From Eledone cirrhosa (taxonomy: Eukaryota), in NCBI GenBank assembly GCA_964016885.1, contig OZ024748.1, forward strand, positions 17,050,001-17,114,000: a DNA stretch of 64,000 bases, read 5' to 3'. The position numbers were made by a program, and so were the translations under genes. The notes beneath the pieces are model-generated. The model did not search any database. It worked only from the letters and a program-made list of their open reading frames with translations, and was not told the origin of the DNA. Below are positions 25,806 through 38,995 of this stretch, in pieces. Numbering within the stretch: the stretch's first letter is position 1; every line of letters starts with the position of its first letter.

Positions 25806-26751
25806 AATGTGCCAAAAATGGCAGAGGTCAAACAAGTTACAGGGAAAGAGAGTGCGAGAGAGAGATGGGTGACAGAGTGAGAGAGAGAGATGGGTGACAG
25901 AGTGAGAGAGAGAGATGGGTGACAGAGAGAGAGACACGAAGGGTGAGAGGGGAAAGGTGGAGAGAGAGAGATAGAGGGGACAGATATAGAGGGAGTAGGG
26001 ACAGTGAGAGAAGGGGAAGAGAGGGGGGACTTATATAGAGGGAGAAGGGAGTGAGTGAGAGAGAGAGGGAGAGAGCAAAGAGAGAGAGACCCCCATTTGC
26101 ATTAGTCACTGTCAAATTGTTAAAATAAAATGAAAAATATAAAAACAACAATGACAACAACAACATAAGTCTGAATCGAGGCACCATATTTAGATGTTTG
26201 TTTCTATAGAAACTGCTACATTAAGTGTAGATGACGGCTGAAGACAAAAAAAAAAGAGAAAACAAAGAAGAAAAACAAGAAAGAGAAGAAACCAAAAAAA
26301 AAACGTGTGCTTTTCATGTTTTTCATGTATCATTACAGTTTAATGTAAGACATAATTGAATTGCAGAATTCTTAATGTCCATTGTTAGCAGACTTATGCC
26401 ATAACATTAGAATAATAAAAGACTTTTACAATGTCAAAATGAATGCTTCAGGTAGGAATTACGTCTGATGTTTTGGAACAATTCGATGTTGGCATCAGAT
26501 ATATAAAAAAAAAAAAATAATAATAATAATAATAAACTGAAAAATAAATAAGGAAATAAATAAATAAATAAATTTAAAAAAATGCATACATACAAACAAA
26601 CAAATCCAATAAAATCGATTTTAAAACTGTTGCCCGAAGGAGAGTGAGAGGAACTCTTTGTGAATAAATGATAATAAAAATAAAATAAAATAAAATAAAA
26701 TAAAAATTAAATTAAATAAAAATAAAGTAAAATAAATAAAAAATAAAATAA

Positions 26752-26782
<31 letters not shown>

Positions 26783-27139
26783 AAAAATTCATATGAAATA
26801 TATAAAATATAAAAAATTTTTTTTTAAATATATTTTATTTTTAATTGTGCTATTTATCAATAGTATAGAAAAACAAAACCAAAAGAAATTCAGTTAGAGA
26901 ATTGAAAGAAAAATAGAGAAAGTGAGGGAGAGGAAATTAAATAGTGTAAGAAAGGGAGGGGGAAAGAGAGGAGAGTGTATGTGTGTGGGGGGTAATAGTG
27001 GGTGGGAATATTGGTGAAATATGGTAATTGATGAAGAGTCTTTCTGTCTGTGAAACAATAATTCAGGATCAGGTTTTGTAAGGAAGTGACTTGTATTTGA
27101 GCCAAAATACTACTACTACTACTACGACTAATAATAATA

Positions 27140-28052
27140 ATAATAATAATTGTTTCTACTTTTTGGCACAAGGCCAGCAATTACCCAGTGCATTACTGGT
27201 ACTTTATTTTATCGACCCCGTAAGGATGAAAGGCAAAGTCAACCTCAGCGGGATTTGAACTCAGATCGTTAAGGGACGTAACTATGCTGGAAAGCATGGC
27301 ATCCGACCCTCTACCGATACTGCCAATAATAATAATGATAATAATGATTTCTTTATTGGCCACAAGGGCTGACATCAAGAAAAACATCACAGACGGAACA
27401 GGACGGTACGATGTGGGTTTTCTGCGTGTAAATATTTTTATTATTTATATAAGAAAAGAAAAAAAAATACATAAAACATATATATATATAAACAATAAAA
27501 TGAAAATTGAAACAATGAAAAATTCCCCAATAGGGGGGAAACCTCCGAGGGTTACTCGTGGCGAAGACCACGAGTAACCCTGACTACCAGGGCAAGCGCC
27601 CTCTCTCAATGATTTCTAGTATAGGCACAAGGCCAGTAATTTGGGGGAGGGGGGTAAAGTTGATTAAATCAACCTCAGTACGTGATCGACCCTGAAAGAA
27701 TGAAAGGCAAAGTTCAACCTCAGCAGAATTTGAACTCAGAACGCAAAGGGCCACAACTCTCTGCTGCAAAGCATGGTGACTGACTCTCTACCGATACTGC
27801 CAATCCACAGCCCTAATACTACTACTACTACTAAGGATTTCTAGTATAGGCACAAGGCTAGTAATTTGGGGGGAAGGGAAAGTCGATTAAATCGACCCCA
27901 GTACATTACTGGTACTTTATTTTATCGACCCCGTAAGAATGAAAGACAAAGTTAATCTCTGAGGGATTTGAACTTAGACCGTAAAGGGCCGAAACTCCAT
28001 ACCGCAAAGAATGGTGTCTGACTTTCTACCAATTCTGCCAATCCACCACCCT
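27140..28052 (-). mobile_element. Cluster of three SINE family 2 copies (27140-27326, 27608-27813, 27836-28052)
   Basis: Repeated GGCACAAGGC..GATGAAAGGCAAAGT..CTGCCAAT. Confidence 0.85.
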
Positions 28053-28715
28053 AATACTTCTACAACTAATAATAATAATATATATATCGTCATCATAATC
28101 GATTAATGTCTATCTTTAGACGGGTTTGTCCCACTTGAGGCAAGTTGGGTTGGGTGACCGTGTCTCGCTCATTTAGAACTGTTTCTGGCAGGTTCTCTAC
28201 AGCCGGATGCGCTTCCTAATGTCAACCACATTTACAGTGTGTGCTTGGTGTTATTTATCGTGTATCCTACATGACCGCTTTACAGTGTAGACTAGGTGCT
28301 TTTTTTGTCGTGACACCTACACAACCACCTGACAGAGTGGGTTGGATGTTCTGTGGTACCAACATAACTTTACAGGTGGTGTGGGCGGAAGTGGGAGGAT
28401 GGAGTAGGGATGTGGGGGTGGGATGTATATTGGGTTAAGAGGTGCCTACTGACTGTAGGTTTAATTTTGTACGTAAGGGAAGGCGGGTCTTCTGCATAGC
28501 GCCAAAGATCTCGATCCAGTGACATTGTCTTAGAGAGGTGTGTGTAATACACACACACACACACACACACAATAGCTTACAAAATGGCGTGAAGACCACC
28601 AAAAATGGAAAAAGTAGCCATCATCATCATCTTTTTTCGAAGGGGTGGGGGCAGGGTCTTTGCCCTATTTTGCAAACTATTTTATAGCATGTATGCATTT
28701 GAGCACATCATCCTT

Positions 28716-28752
<37 letters not shown>

Positions 28753-28774
28753 TAAGTATTTCTGTAGGAAAGGT

Positions 28775-28916
28775 AAAGGAAAGAAGAGTGCTCTATATAT
28801 TGTACAGAGCTATTTAATTACATAATAAATAACACAATTTAATTATTTTATTACCAAAGGTTTCAAGAAACTAGATGAGTCTTGCAAGGAACATCCAGCT
28901 CGTTTGTCAGACAAAA
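28775..28916 (-). mobile_element. Degenerate family B element with mutated hammerhead (28846-28916)
   Basis: TTTTGT-CTGACAA-stemII-GAA-ACCTTTGGT-A-ATAAAA; core G8 lost. Confidence 0.6.
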
Positions 28917-30194
28917 GAATTATTATAGCTTTTCCATGTTGACAACTATCTTATGACGCACTTCAAATCAGGTTTTGTTCCTATTATAGTCTCTTGCTTT
29001 CTTGTTTTCAATTTGAAAACACATCACATAGATAAATAGATAGAGAGATAGATAGACAGATAGAGTGAGAGAGAATAACAACATAAGAGAAAATACGTCT
29101 ATCAATGAAATTCTAGGAAATTAAACAAAGTGTGTGTGTGTGTATATATACATATATGCACATGTGTGTGTGTGTGTGTGTGTGTGCATAAATATATATA
29201 TATATACACACTTTCAAAAATATATAAAATGCTTCAAAAATATTTGAATATTAAAAATGTATTTAAAAAAAGCGTCAGATATTAAAAATATGGGGGAAAC
29301 TCTCTCATTTTCTCTCTCTTCCTCCATTCCTCCTTTCTTTCTGCCTCTTCCCCTCTCTCTGTCTCTCCCTCCCTTCCTCCCTGCCTCTCCCTCCCTTCCT
29401 CCCTGCCTCTCCCTCCCTTCCTCCCTGCCTCTCCCTCCCTTCCTCCCTGCCTCTCCCTCCCTTCCTCCCTGCCTCTCCCTCCCTTCCTCCCTGCTCTCTA
29501 TCTCTTCCTCCCTAGCTCTCTGTCTCTTCACCCTCTCCCACCCTAGCTCTCTGTCTCTTCACCCTCTCTCCCACCCTAGCTCTCTGCCTCCCTCCCCCGT
29601 CTCTACACACATATTACAATAAATAAAGGTGAATGTAAGAAAACATGTATTTTTGTTAATTAACAAAAGCAAAGAATACAAGAATACCCATGAAGTCATA
29701 CCTTTCATTTTGTGCAGGAATTAGCTGTCATGTGACAGGAAGTGCAAGTAAAAATAGAAGATATTATTTATTCTTCCTTAGATTTACAAAATTAATATGT
29801 TTTTATATGTTGGAAAGTCATTGTTATTTCAACATTGATCACATGAATTTCACTAACCAAACCAAAAAATACATAAATCAATAAATTTAAGAATAGATAA
29901 AAAATAAAAACTGAAAAACTATATTAAATGAATCCATAGTGTTCTGTACATTCATCTTAAATTCTTTCTTTTAGTTTCCTTAAGTAGGGGGCAAGTATTT
30001 CACATTATGTACTAAACCTTTCAATTCAAAACATCTCTCTGCCAGTTTATCAGGTTTTTAAACCAAACCACTTCATATGAGCTGGAATGGCTCTTCCAGC
30101 GTGTGTCTCTCAGCATCCTCTGGAGTAACACCTTTTCTATTATGTCTGCTGGGGCCATGGGGTGACCAGCGTGTGGGCCCACATTTGCTCATGC

Positions 30195-30939
30195 TAGTGA
30201 GAGATGGGGAGAGCAGGAGAAGCAGTGACAGTAGGAGTTTAGTTATTTTGTGTTCGGTCCTGGTGTATATCAGAAAGTGGGGGAGACGAAGGCAGTGACA
30301 GTGGGAGTTTGGTTATTTTGTTTGGTCCTGGTGTATATGAGAGATGGGTTGAGTGGGAGTGATGAAGGTAGTGACAGTGGGAGTTTGGTTCCTTTGTGTT
30401 TGGACATGGTGTATATGAGAGATGGGGAGAACAGGATAGATGGAGGCAGTGACAGTGGGAGTTTGGTTCCTTTGTGTTCGGACATGGTGTATATGAGAGA
30501 TGGGGAGAACAGGATAGATGGAGGCAGTGACAGTGGGAATTTGGTTCCTTTGTGTTCGGACATGGTGTATATGAGAGATGGGGAGAACAGGATAGATGGA
30601 AGCAGTGACAGTGGGAGTTTGGTTCCTTTGTGTTCGGACATGGTGTATATGAGAGATGGGGAGAACAGGATAGATGGAGGCAGTGACAGTGGGAATTTGG
30701 TTCCTTTGTGTTCGGACCTCGTGTATATGAGAGATGGGGAGAGTGGGAGAGACGGAGGCAGTGGGAGTTTAGTTCCTTTGTGTTCAGACCTGGTATATAT
30801 GAGAGATGGGGAGAACAGGATAGATGGAGGCAGTGACAGTGGGAGTTTGGCTCCTTTGTGTTCAGACCTCATGTGTATATGAGAGATGGGGGAGAGTGGG
30901 AGAGACAGTGGGAGTTTGGTTCCTTTGTGTTTGGACCTG

Positions 30940-30945
<6 letters not shown>
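30195..30945. repeat. 78-bp minisatellite, ~9.5 copies
   Basis: GGACATGG-like at 30402, 30480, 30558, 30636, 30714. Confidence 0.92.
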
Positions 30946-30996
<51 letters not shown>

Positions 30997-32015
30997 TCAC
31001 GGATAGATAGATTCTGTATAAGTTGTTTTGTCAACCACTTCATGATACACAGGAATATGTTTATATATGTTCAACTTGCCTCAAAAATTCCCGTTCACCC
31101 TTGTGATGTGTGGCCAATTATTGCACTTGGTGGTGAATTGGTCGTTTTTGTTTTTGCTTCCTATTTTTCTTTCTCTCCGTTTTTTTTTTCCTCTTTGATC
31201 ATGTAGTTTGGTGTGTTGTATTTGCAAGGTTCCTAGAAATAGTTAATTGTATTTATTATATGTGTTTATATTTTCATTCTGAAAGAATTGTTAACAACTG
31301 TGAACCTAAGATTTTAGTAATAAAATGTTCAACTTTCTCTGCCACTGATTTCTGTAATATTCTCTTTTGATATCAAACTTATGGAAACAGCTCCTGGTTT
31401 TATGATACAAAATAGTGTATTCTTAAGTGTTTATATTATTCATTTTATTCTTCTACTGGTTTCAGTCATTAGACTAACTTGATTTAGGTGGCCATATTTA
31501 ATCCTGTACTTATTTTTTTTCTTCAAGTCTGGTACTTATTTTATTGATCTAGTTTTTGTTGAGCTGCTAAACTGCAAAACATAAACACAGACACATACCT
31601 AGCCATAGTCATGGATACACACATACATTATACATACACACACATAAATATATATATATATATATATATGAATAGAAAATCCAAGGCCATGTTCATTTGC
31701 TTTAGGTTTATTAAAATCCATAATCTACATTTTGCTGAGGATTGTCGTTTATGACAGCCTGAGCTCCTCAGATGGTAAACCTATAAATCAATGAAATATT
31801 ATTAAAAAAAAACCTTTAAATTTGGAAAAGGTTTACTTTTCTTGATACAAGGGACCAACTGGACATGTGATGTTATTTCTTTGGCCCCTATATTATATAA
31901 GAATTTAGACTTCCATAAAATTTTAACGTTTTCCCAACTGTATTTAAATTTGTTTACATTTTTGGACTTGTGATCATCTTATAGACTTGTTGGTAAACAT
32001 TAATGTTACTGAATA

Positions 32016-32082
32016 GATTCTGATGAGATTAACATAACAGGAATGAATATTCCTGGTATGTTAATCAAAACATTCATTAATC
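32016..32082 (+). ncRNA. Degenerate hammerhead motif with long stem II (family E)
   Basis: GATT-CTGATGA-GATTAACATA.CAGGAAT-GAAT-ATTCCTG.TATGTTAATC-AAAAC(GAAAC)..T-T-AATC. Confidence 0.55.
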
Positions 32083-32346
32083 AATTAAATAATTTAATTT
32101 AATTTAATCATGGCTATTTTTATTCGTATATCTCGATAGGTCGAGAAATAAAATTCTAATTTTATTTTTAATATTCAGCAAGGCCAACCAACCGTAACTC
32201 ACTCGGTATGCAAATGAGGCTACTCAGCCGATATGTACTTAAGAAAATACTATATATATATATATATATATATACTATATATATACTATATACATATACA
32301 CTATATAAATACTATATATATAATATCTATACACACACACTAGCTG

Positions 32347-32545
32347 AAGGCGTGTGGCTGAGTGGTTATCAGGTTGTGAATTTGATTCCTAGACCAGGTG
32401 ATGTGTTATGTCCTTGAGCAAGACACTTTATTTCATGTTGCTCCTTCTACCTGGAGTTGCGACTGATAGATAATATTAACTATAGGAATGACCAACAGAA
32501 ATATTGTTTCCTTGGTACAATTTGATGAAAGTCGATTGACTGTCA
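32347..32545 (+). mobile_element. tRNA-derived SINE family 3
   Basis: GGCGTGTGGCTGAGTGG head, CCTTGAGCAAGACACTT, body CTTCTACCTGGAGTTGCGAC. Confidence 0.8.
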
Positions 32546-32551
32546 CATATA

Positions 32552-32899
32552 CGGAGACACATGGCTTAGTGGTTAGAGCATTGGGCTTGCAATCGAAAGG
32601 TTGTGAGTTCAATTCTCGGACCGGGTGATGTGTTGTTTCCTTGAGCAAGACACTTTATTTCACATTGCTCCAGTTTACTCAGCTGTAGAAATGAGATGAT
32701 AGGGACTGGGGTCCCTATCATTCCACTGTAAAGTGGACGTGTAGGCGCCACGGAAAAAAAGCACCCAGCACTCACTGTAAATGAGGTTGGTGTTAGGAAG
32801 GGCATCCAGCTGTAGAAATCATGCCAGAATCAGTTCCCGTCCCACCCTTGCAAGCAGGGAAAAGCGGACGTAAAATGAAATGATGATGATGATGATGAT
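32552..32899 (+). mobile_element. SINE family 1
   Basis: Full length. Confidence 0.9.
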
Positions 32900-33132
32900 A
32901 TACATATCATCACTGTTTAGCATCTATTTTTCCATGCTTAGTCGGGTCAGCCACACTGGGAGGCAAGTCTGGCTAGAGTTGGCCATGCCATAACTCACTC
33001 CTATGAGGAATGTATATTTGGTCGAGTAATTAACTGCTGGATGCCCTTCCTAACAACAACCACATTTACAGTGTGGAACTGGTTGGCTCCTTTATGAAGA
33101 GGGATATATATATATATATACATATGTATATA

Positions 33133-33468
33133 TCATCATCATTTCATTTTACGTCCGCTTTTTCCCTGCTTGCAAGGGTGAGACGGGAACTGGTTCTGGC
33201 TTGATTTCTACAGCTGGATGCCCTTCCTAACACCAACCTCATTTACAGTGAGTGCTGGGTGCTTTTTTGCCGTGGCACCTCCACGACCACTTTGCAGTGG
33301 AATGATAGGGACCCCAGTCCCTATCATCTCATTTCTACAGCTGAGTAAACTGGAGCAATGTGAAATAAAGTGCCTTACTCAAAGAAACAACACATCACCC
33401 GGTCTAAGATTTGAACTCACAACCTTTCAATTGCAAGGCCAATACTCTAACCACTAAGCCATGTGCCT
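33133..33468 (-). mobile_element. SINE family 1, tail-to-tail with the 32552 copy
   Basis: Full-length reverse complement. Confidence 0.9.
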
Positions 33469-33475
33469 ACTACTA

Positions 33476-33552
<77 letters not shown>

Positions 33553-33556
<4 letters not shown>

Positions 33557-33743
33557 GAAGGAAATGTGGTAAGGAACCAGGTGGACCATAACGCACCAAA
33601 GTACTCAATACTTGGGGTAGTAGAGTGGGTAATAGGAACCAGTAAGACCCCGACGGCTGAGCTCAAGCCGTTTCGACGGCTAATTCTGGAATTAGCCGTC
33701 GAAACGGCTTGAGCTCAGCCGTCGGGGTCTTACTGGTTCCTAT
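33553..33743 (-). mobile_element. Family C short element ending in a perfect 55-bp-stem hairpin (33632-33743)
   Basis: ATAGGAACC..GCTAATTC-tg-GAATTAGC..GGTTCCTAT; contains GAAACGGCT..AGCCGTC (hammerhead 3' half with GUC). Confidence 0.75.
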
Positions 33744-34644
33744 ATATATATATATATATATATAGTAGTGAAGAATGACATGGTCAGCTGTACAAAAATG
33801 GTTTTATTTATAGTATTAATGATTGTTTCATTGATCAGGTGAGTCTAAAGGCCGCTAATCACTTGAAGTTATGTCACTCGACCTTAAATACAGTGTGTGT
33901 CTCTGATGAAATCATCGGAATATATATATATATATATACATATCTATATATAATCTTGCATCCTAATTTTATGTTAAAACATTTATGTTTTTGATACCAG
34001 AATAATAATGAAAAAATATAGATTTGAAATCATAGGCAGTCTTTTATTAAAAATCTGGAAAAGGAAATGTTAAATGTTTATATTTATCTAAGAAATTTTC
34101 AGAGCCTTTAAGTTCCAAACATCAACTTTGTAATGAGAAAGTTAACTTACTAAATCCTGACAAATTTTTGTTTATTTTCAAAATGAATTTCAAATGCAAA
34201 ACAGTTTCTTCCTTTAGAAATTTGGTAGAGAAAGGGTTAAATAGATGTGAGACAGAATTTCTTAGAGGATTTGAATGGAGAAAGCCAAGAGCTGGAACTC
34301 TTTACTAAAAAAACATTTGACCGACACTTTAATGATTCTGGCAATTTATTATAATCAGGATGTCATCAATGGTCAGATTCTTGTTGCTTTGAAACCAATA
34401 CGAACGCTCTGATATTTGTGTTTGGATATTTGATGCTAAGTGGAAACCATTCAATGTGCACATTGGACTCCCACAACACAAGAACAGATATTGTCAACAC
34501 TGACCTCAAGACCCTTGCAGGAATAAGTGGAGGGGCAAAGAAGAGGAAAACAAACAAGAAGCAGAAGAAAAAGAAGGAAAAATGAAGAACAAAAAATGGA
34601 AGATGTAATTAAAGATAGAAGACAGAAAGTCAAATAAGTTGAAA

Positions 34645-35108
34645 AGCATCATCATCACGATCGTCATCATCATCACTATCATCATCATCATCACCACCAT
34701 CACCATCGCCACCACCATCACCATCGCCACCACCATCACCATCGCCACCATCGCCATCACCATTCCCACCATCATCACCACGATCATCATCACCACGACC
34801 ATCATCACCACCATCATCACCACCATCATCACCACCATCATCACCACCATCATCATCACCACCATCATCATCACCACCATCACCACCACCACCACCACCA
34901 CCGTCACCATCACCATGACCATCACCATGACCATCACCACCACCATGACCATCATCACCATCATCATGGCAACATCACCATCATCACCACCACCACCACC
35001 ACCATGACCACCATGACCATCACCACCATCACCACCACCACCACCACCATCACCACCACCACCATCACCACCATCACGACCATCACTACCATGACCATCA
35101 CCATCATC
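34645..35108. repeat. (CAT/CAC)n trinucleotide repeat
   Basis: Directly visible. Confidence 0.95.
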
Positions 35109-35411
35109 AGCAGTAGATATTGCCAATTATACTAAATATGATGTCTGTGAAATTAGATAGTGGGATAGAGATTTGGAAATCAGAAGTGAGGCATTTATTT
35201 TGAGCTAACGAGAAGTTATGGCATTATTCTATTGGATTTTATAGCTGGATAATATAACAGAGCTACATTGCTATGGTATGGTAAGAGGAGATTGGCTCTC
35301 ACTTTATTGCAATACAAGATTTCTAAAGGAAAATTAATGTTCATTTGTAATTACTTATAAAATCCTTATAGAGTTTCTATTGGTGGTGGAGAATACACAA
35401 TAAATTGTGGG

Positions 35412-35446
<35 letters not shown>

Positions 35447-35670
35447 AAATATATAATATGTATGTATGTATATATGTGTATATACGTAATGTGTATGTAT
35501 GTAATATATATATATATATGTGTGTATATATATATATAGGTGTGTGAGCTGTGTTTATGTATGTATTTATTTATATATGTGTATATATGTATATGCATAT
35601 GTGTGTGTGTGTGAAATTGTATATATGTGTAGATGAGTTGGATATATTTATATCTACATACATGAAGATG

Positions 35671-35705
<35 letters not shown>

Positions 35706-35794
35706 CCCACACACACATGATGTGTGTGTGTATATCACACACACACACATATATATATGATTGTAAGTATGTGTCACACACATGAACACACACA

Positions 35795-35837
<43 letters not shown>

Positions 35838-36337
35838 TGTGTATGGAACACATTCATGTTTTCTCTCTCTTGCTGCTTAGATACACTCATATACATACAC
35901 ACACTGACATACATACACACACTGACATACATACACACACTCATATACATACACACACTGACACACATACACACACTGACACACATACACACAACTGTGA
36001 ATTGGCAGTCATCAGTCCAGAGCGTTAAATGTCATTGTAAGGCTGACTGTGGTCTGAGTTCAAATCTCAAAGAACTCCACTTTGCCTATCACCCGTTTGG
36101 TGTTGATCCAAATATTACAATCTAGCGGCAGTCGGGGAATTGATGAAAATGTCAGGAGGAAAGCTTTGCACTACCTGATCCTGCTTTGTATATTTTGATT
36201 TCAAAGACTGTCTCCTTCTTCCAGGAGTTGAGAATGACAGATAATATCCCCCAATGGAAAGTCTAATGGAAGCAATTTCATTAGCTTACTCTGACAATTG
36301 GCACCTTTCATTTTCTGATATATATATATATATATAT

Positions 36338-36770
36338 ACAATATTAAATAAATGGAAACTATATTTATAAAACCATATTTATTTCATTATATATATTTCA
36401 GGGATATCATATTAACAATATGCTATGCCTTCCTCAGACAAAATACAATATAAACAGTTTTATAGATAAATAGATTCGACATACCGTAACAACATCGACT
36501 TGCATTTGAAGAGGTTGATGGTCATGTTGTTACGGTATGTCGAATCTATTTATCTATAAAACTGTTTATATTGTATTTTGTCTGAGGAAGGTATAACATA
36601 TTGTTAATATGATATCCCTGAAATATATATAATGAAATAAATATGGTTTTATAAATATAGTTTCCATTTATTTAATACTGTAAATATACTCCAAATATTT
36701 GTCGAGTGCTTTTATATCAGTTATAAATATTTACTAGTTGTAACCCAACAATTTTAAATATAACTTTCCA
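36338..36770 (+). mobile_element. Family A fold-back element with hammerheads at 36381-36444 (minus) and 36575-36638 (plus)
   Basis: Arms ~36338-36495 / 36524-36682; ATTTTGT-CTGAGGA-stemII-GAA-ATATATAT-A-ATGAAAT; 3' end AACCCAACAATTTTAAATA.AACTTT then (TA)n. Confidence 0.83.
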
Positions 36771-36784
36771 TATATATATATATA

Positions 36785-37003
36785 TTCTAACGATCGACTT
36801 TCGTCAAATCGGACCGAGGAAACAGTGTTTCCATTGGTCTTTCCAATTGCTAATACTATCTATCGGTCGCAACTCCAGGTAGAAGGAGCAACGTGAAATA
36901 AAGTGTCTTGCTCAAGGACATAACGCATCGCCCGGTCCAGGAATCGAACTCACAACCTCACGATTGCGAATCCAGTTCTATAACCACTCAGCCACACGCC
37001 TTC
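36785..37003 (-). mobile_element. SINE family 3, full length
   Basis: B box GAGTTCGATTCC; body GGAAAGACCAATGGAAACACTGTTTCC. Confidence 0.85.
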
Positions 37004-37070
37004 ACTATCATCATCATCATCATCATCATCATCAGGTTTAGCGTCCGTGTTCCACGCTTGCATGGGTTTG

Positions 37071-37107
<37 letters not shown>

Positions 37108-37110
<3 letters not shown>

Positions 37111-37296
37111 CAAAGGAGTTTCGGTAAGGAACCAGATGGACCATAACGCACCAGAGTACTCAATACTTAGGGTAGTAGAGTGGGTAATAGGAGAAAGTAT
37201 AACCCCGACGGCAGAGCTGAAGCCGTTTCAACAGCTATTTCAGTAATAGCCGTCAAAATGGCTTGAGCTCTGCCGTTGGGGTCATCCTTTCTCATA
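37108..37296 (-). mobile_element. Family C short element with imperfect terminal hairpin
   Basis: Homologous to 33553-33743. Confidence 0.75.
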
Positions 37297-37540
37297 TATA
37301 TATATAAACATATCTGAGGACCTTGAGAATGCAGAGTCGGGTTCGATCTATAATAGATCCTGCCTTGAGCTGATTGTCGGAGAAACATATGGAATATGTT
37401 AATAAATTGTGTTTTGATGCATCACTGATTCCTTGTTATCTATAATAATATACTCTGCTCTGCATGAACATCGAGTGTTCAAATGGCATACTGCCTACAG
37501 ACGCATTTATTGAAACCTTACGACAACTATATATATATAG

Positions 37541-37845
37541 GAAATTTGCTTTCAGTCATCAGAATGAAAAAATCCTGATGTATTTATTGACAGTGGATTT
37601 TAAAAACAAAAATATAATCTATATCTATAGATATAGATTATATTTTTGTTTTTAAAATCCACTGTCATATTGACATCAGGATTTTTTCATTCTGATGACT
37701 GAAAGCAAATTTCTTTTGCTTTCAAGAAACCACTGGTAAATGAAATAATTATCTTATGTTGTTTATTACATAACTATTAAGCTCTGTAACCTACATAGAA
37801 CACTCTTTTTTCCTGGACTTTTCCAACGGAATTACTTCATTTACA
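37541..37845 (+). mobile_element. Family B element: palindrome 37541-37713 overlapping a hammerhead at 37685-37745
   Basis: TTTCATT-CTGATGA-CTGAAAGCAAA-TTTCT-TTTGCTTTCAA-GAA-ACCACTGGT-A-AATGAAA. Confidence 0.8.
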
Positions 37846-38469
37846 CACATGTATGTATATATATATATATATACGTATATATATATTGTTGTTTTGTTGT
37901 ATGTATAGTTTGTGCCTTCAGTCGGTTCTCTTGGTGTCATATTTAATGGTGTTTAACTCTGGACTTAATGATTGTTTTTAACTTTTGATCCTTTGAGTGC
38001 TGTGATGGCCTCAAAACAAATCGAATTGTACATGCTGTTCTGCAGCTGATGTTCGATTTACAAATATTATATATACGTATAATTATATATATTTGAAAAG
38101 GCAAGTAAGGTTCTATACAAAACAGCGGTTATAGAGAAAAGGTGAAATTGGAAATAGCATGGAAAATATATTTAAGGGTCTGATTTTTTTTTTTTTTCTT
38201 TCCTTTCTTTGATTTAAAAAAGAGTTTTATATTGTATGTAAAGTATATAGAGTATAACCGGTTTTGATGTATTAGTAAAATTCATATAATCAAATGTTGA
38301 GTATTACAATTAAAAAGAATTAATAAGAATTAATAAGAATTAAAAACAAAAAATTAAAGATTTAAAATTAAGTGTTGAGGTAAATTTTTTTGATCGTCCT
38401 TGTTGAGAAGGGGACTCGAAAATGAACTCATATAAAGAGAGAGGTGTGTAGTTATGATAGTAGCAGCAG

Positions 38470-38498
<29 letters not shown>

Positions 38499-38505
<7 letters not shown>

Positions 38506-38995
38506 TAAATCATGTCTTTAGAATCATCAGATAATAAAATATATACTATTTCTTCTTCTAATTAGCATAATTAACCATATAAAAATTCAATCAGAACAAG
38601 CTATAAGAATAAATGCTCTTATGGGGAAATCTCCGACAAATAACCGAACTCAGGACATTCCTATTATTTGGATGTCCAAAATAAGGAAGAAACCATGGTA
38701 GAGATATAATTACGGCATGTGCGCATTTCTTCTAAGTTTAATTTTACAACTGATTGTGTATGGTTGATGGTATATTTAGTCAGTTTCTACATGCTGTCGA
38801 AATGTTGGATAAATACTCGACTGGGGCCGCCGCGAAGAGGCTACGTTCGGTTATTTGTCGGAGATTTCCCCCAAGAGCATTTATTCTTATAGCTTGTTCT
38901 GATTGATTTTTTTATATGGTTAATTATGCTAATTAGAAGAAGAAATAGTATATATTTTATTATCTGATGATTCTAAAGACATGATTTATGATATA
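38499..38995. repeat. ~150 bp inverted repeat (38499-38649 / 38845-38995); probable Penelope-like fragment
   Basis: Arms nearly exact reverse complements; (TA)n flank. Confidence 0.85.

Noticed and set aside
30195-30945. CRISPR-like or coding repeat (26-aa unit ORFs on both strands)
   Set aside because: No unique spacers, eukaryotic context; open frames follow from the 78-bp period
34506-35126. Gly/Asp/Met/Val-rich 206-aa ORF
   Set aside because: Translation of the (CAT/CAC)n repeat
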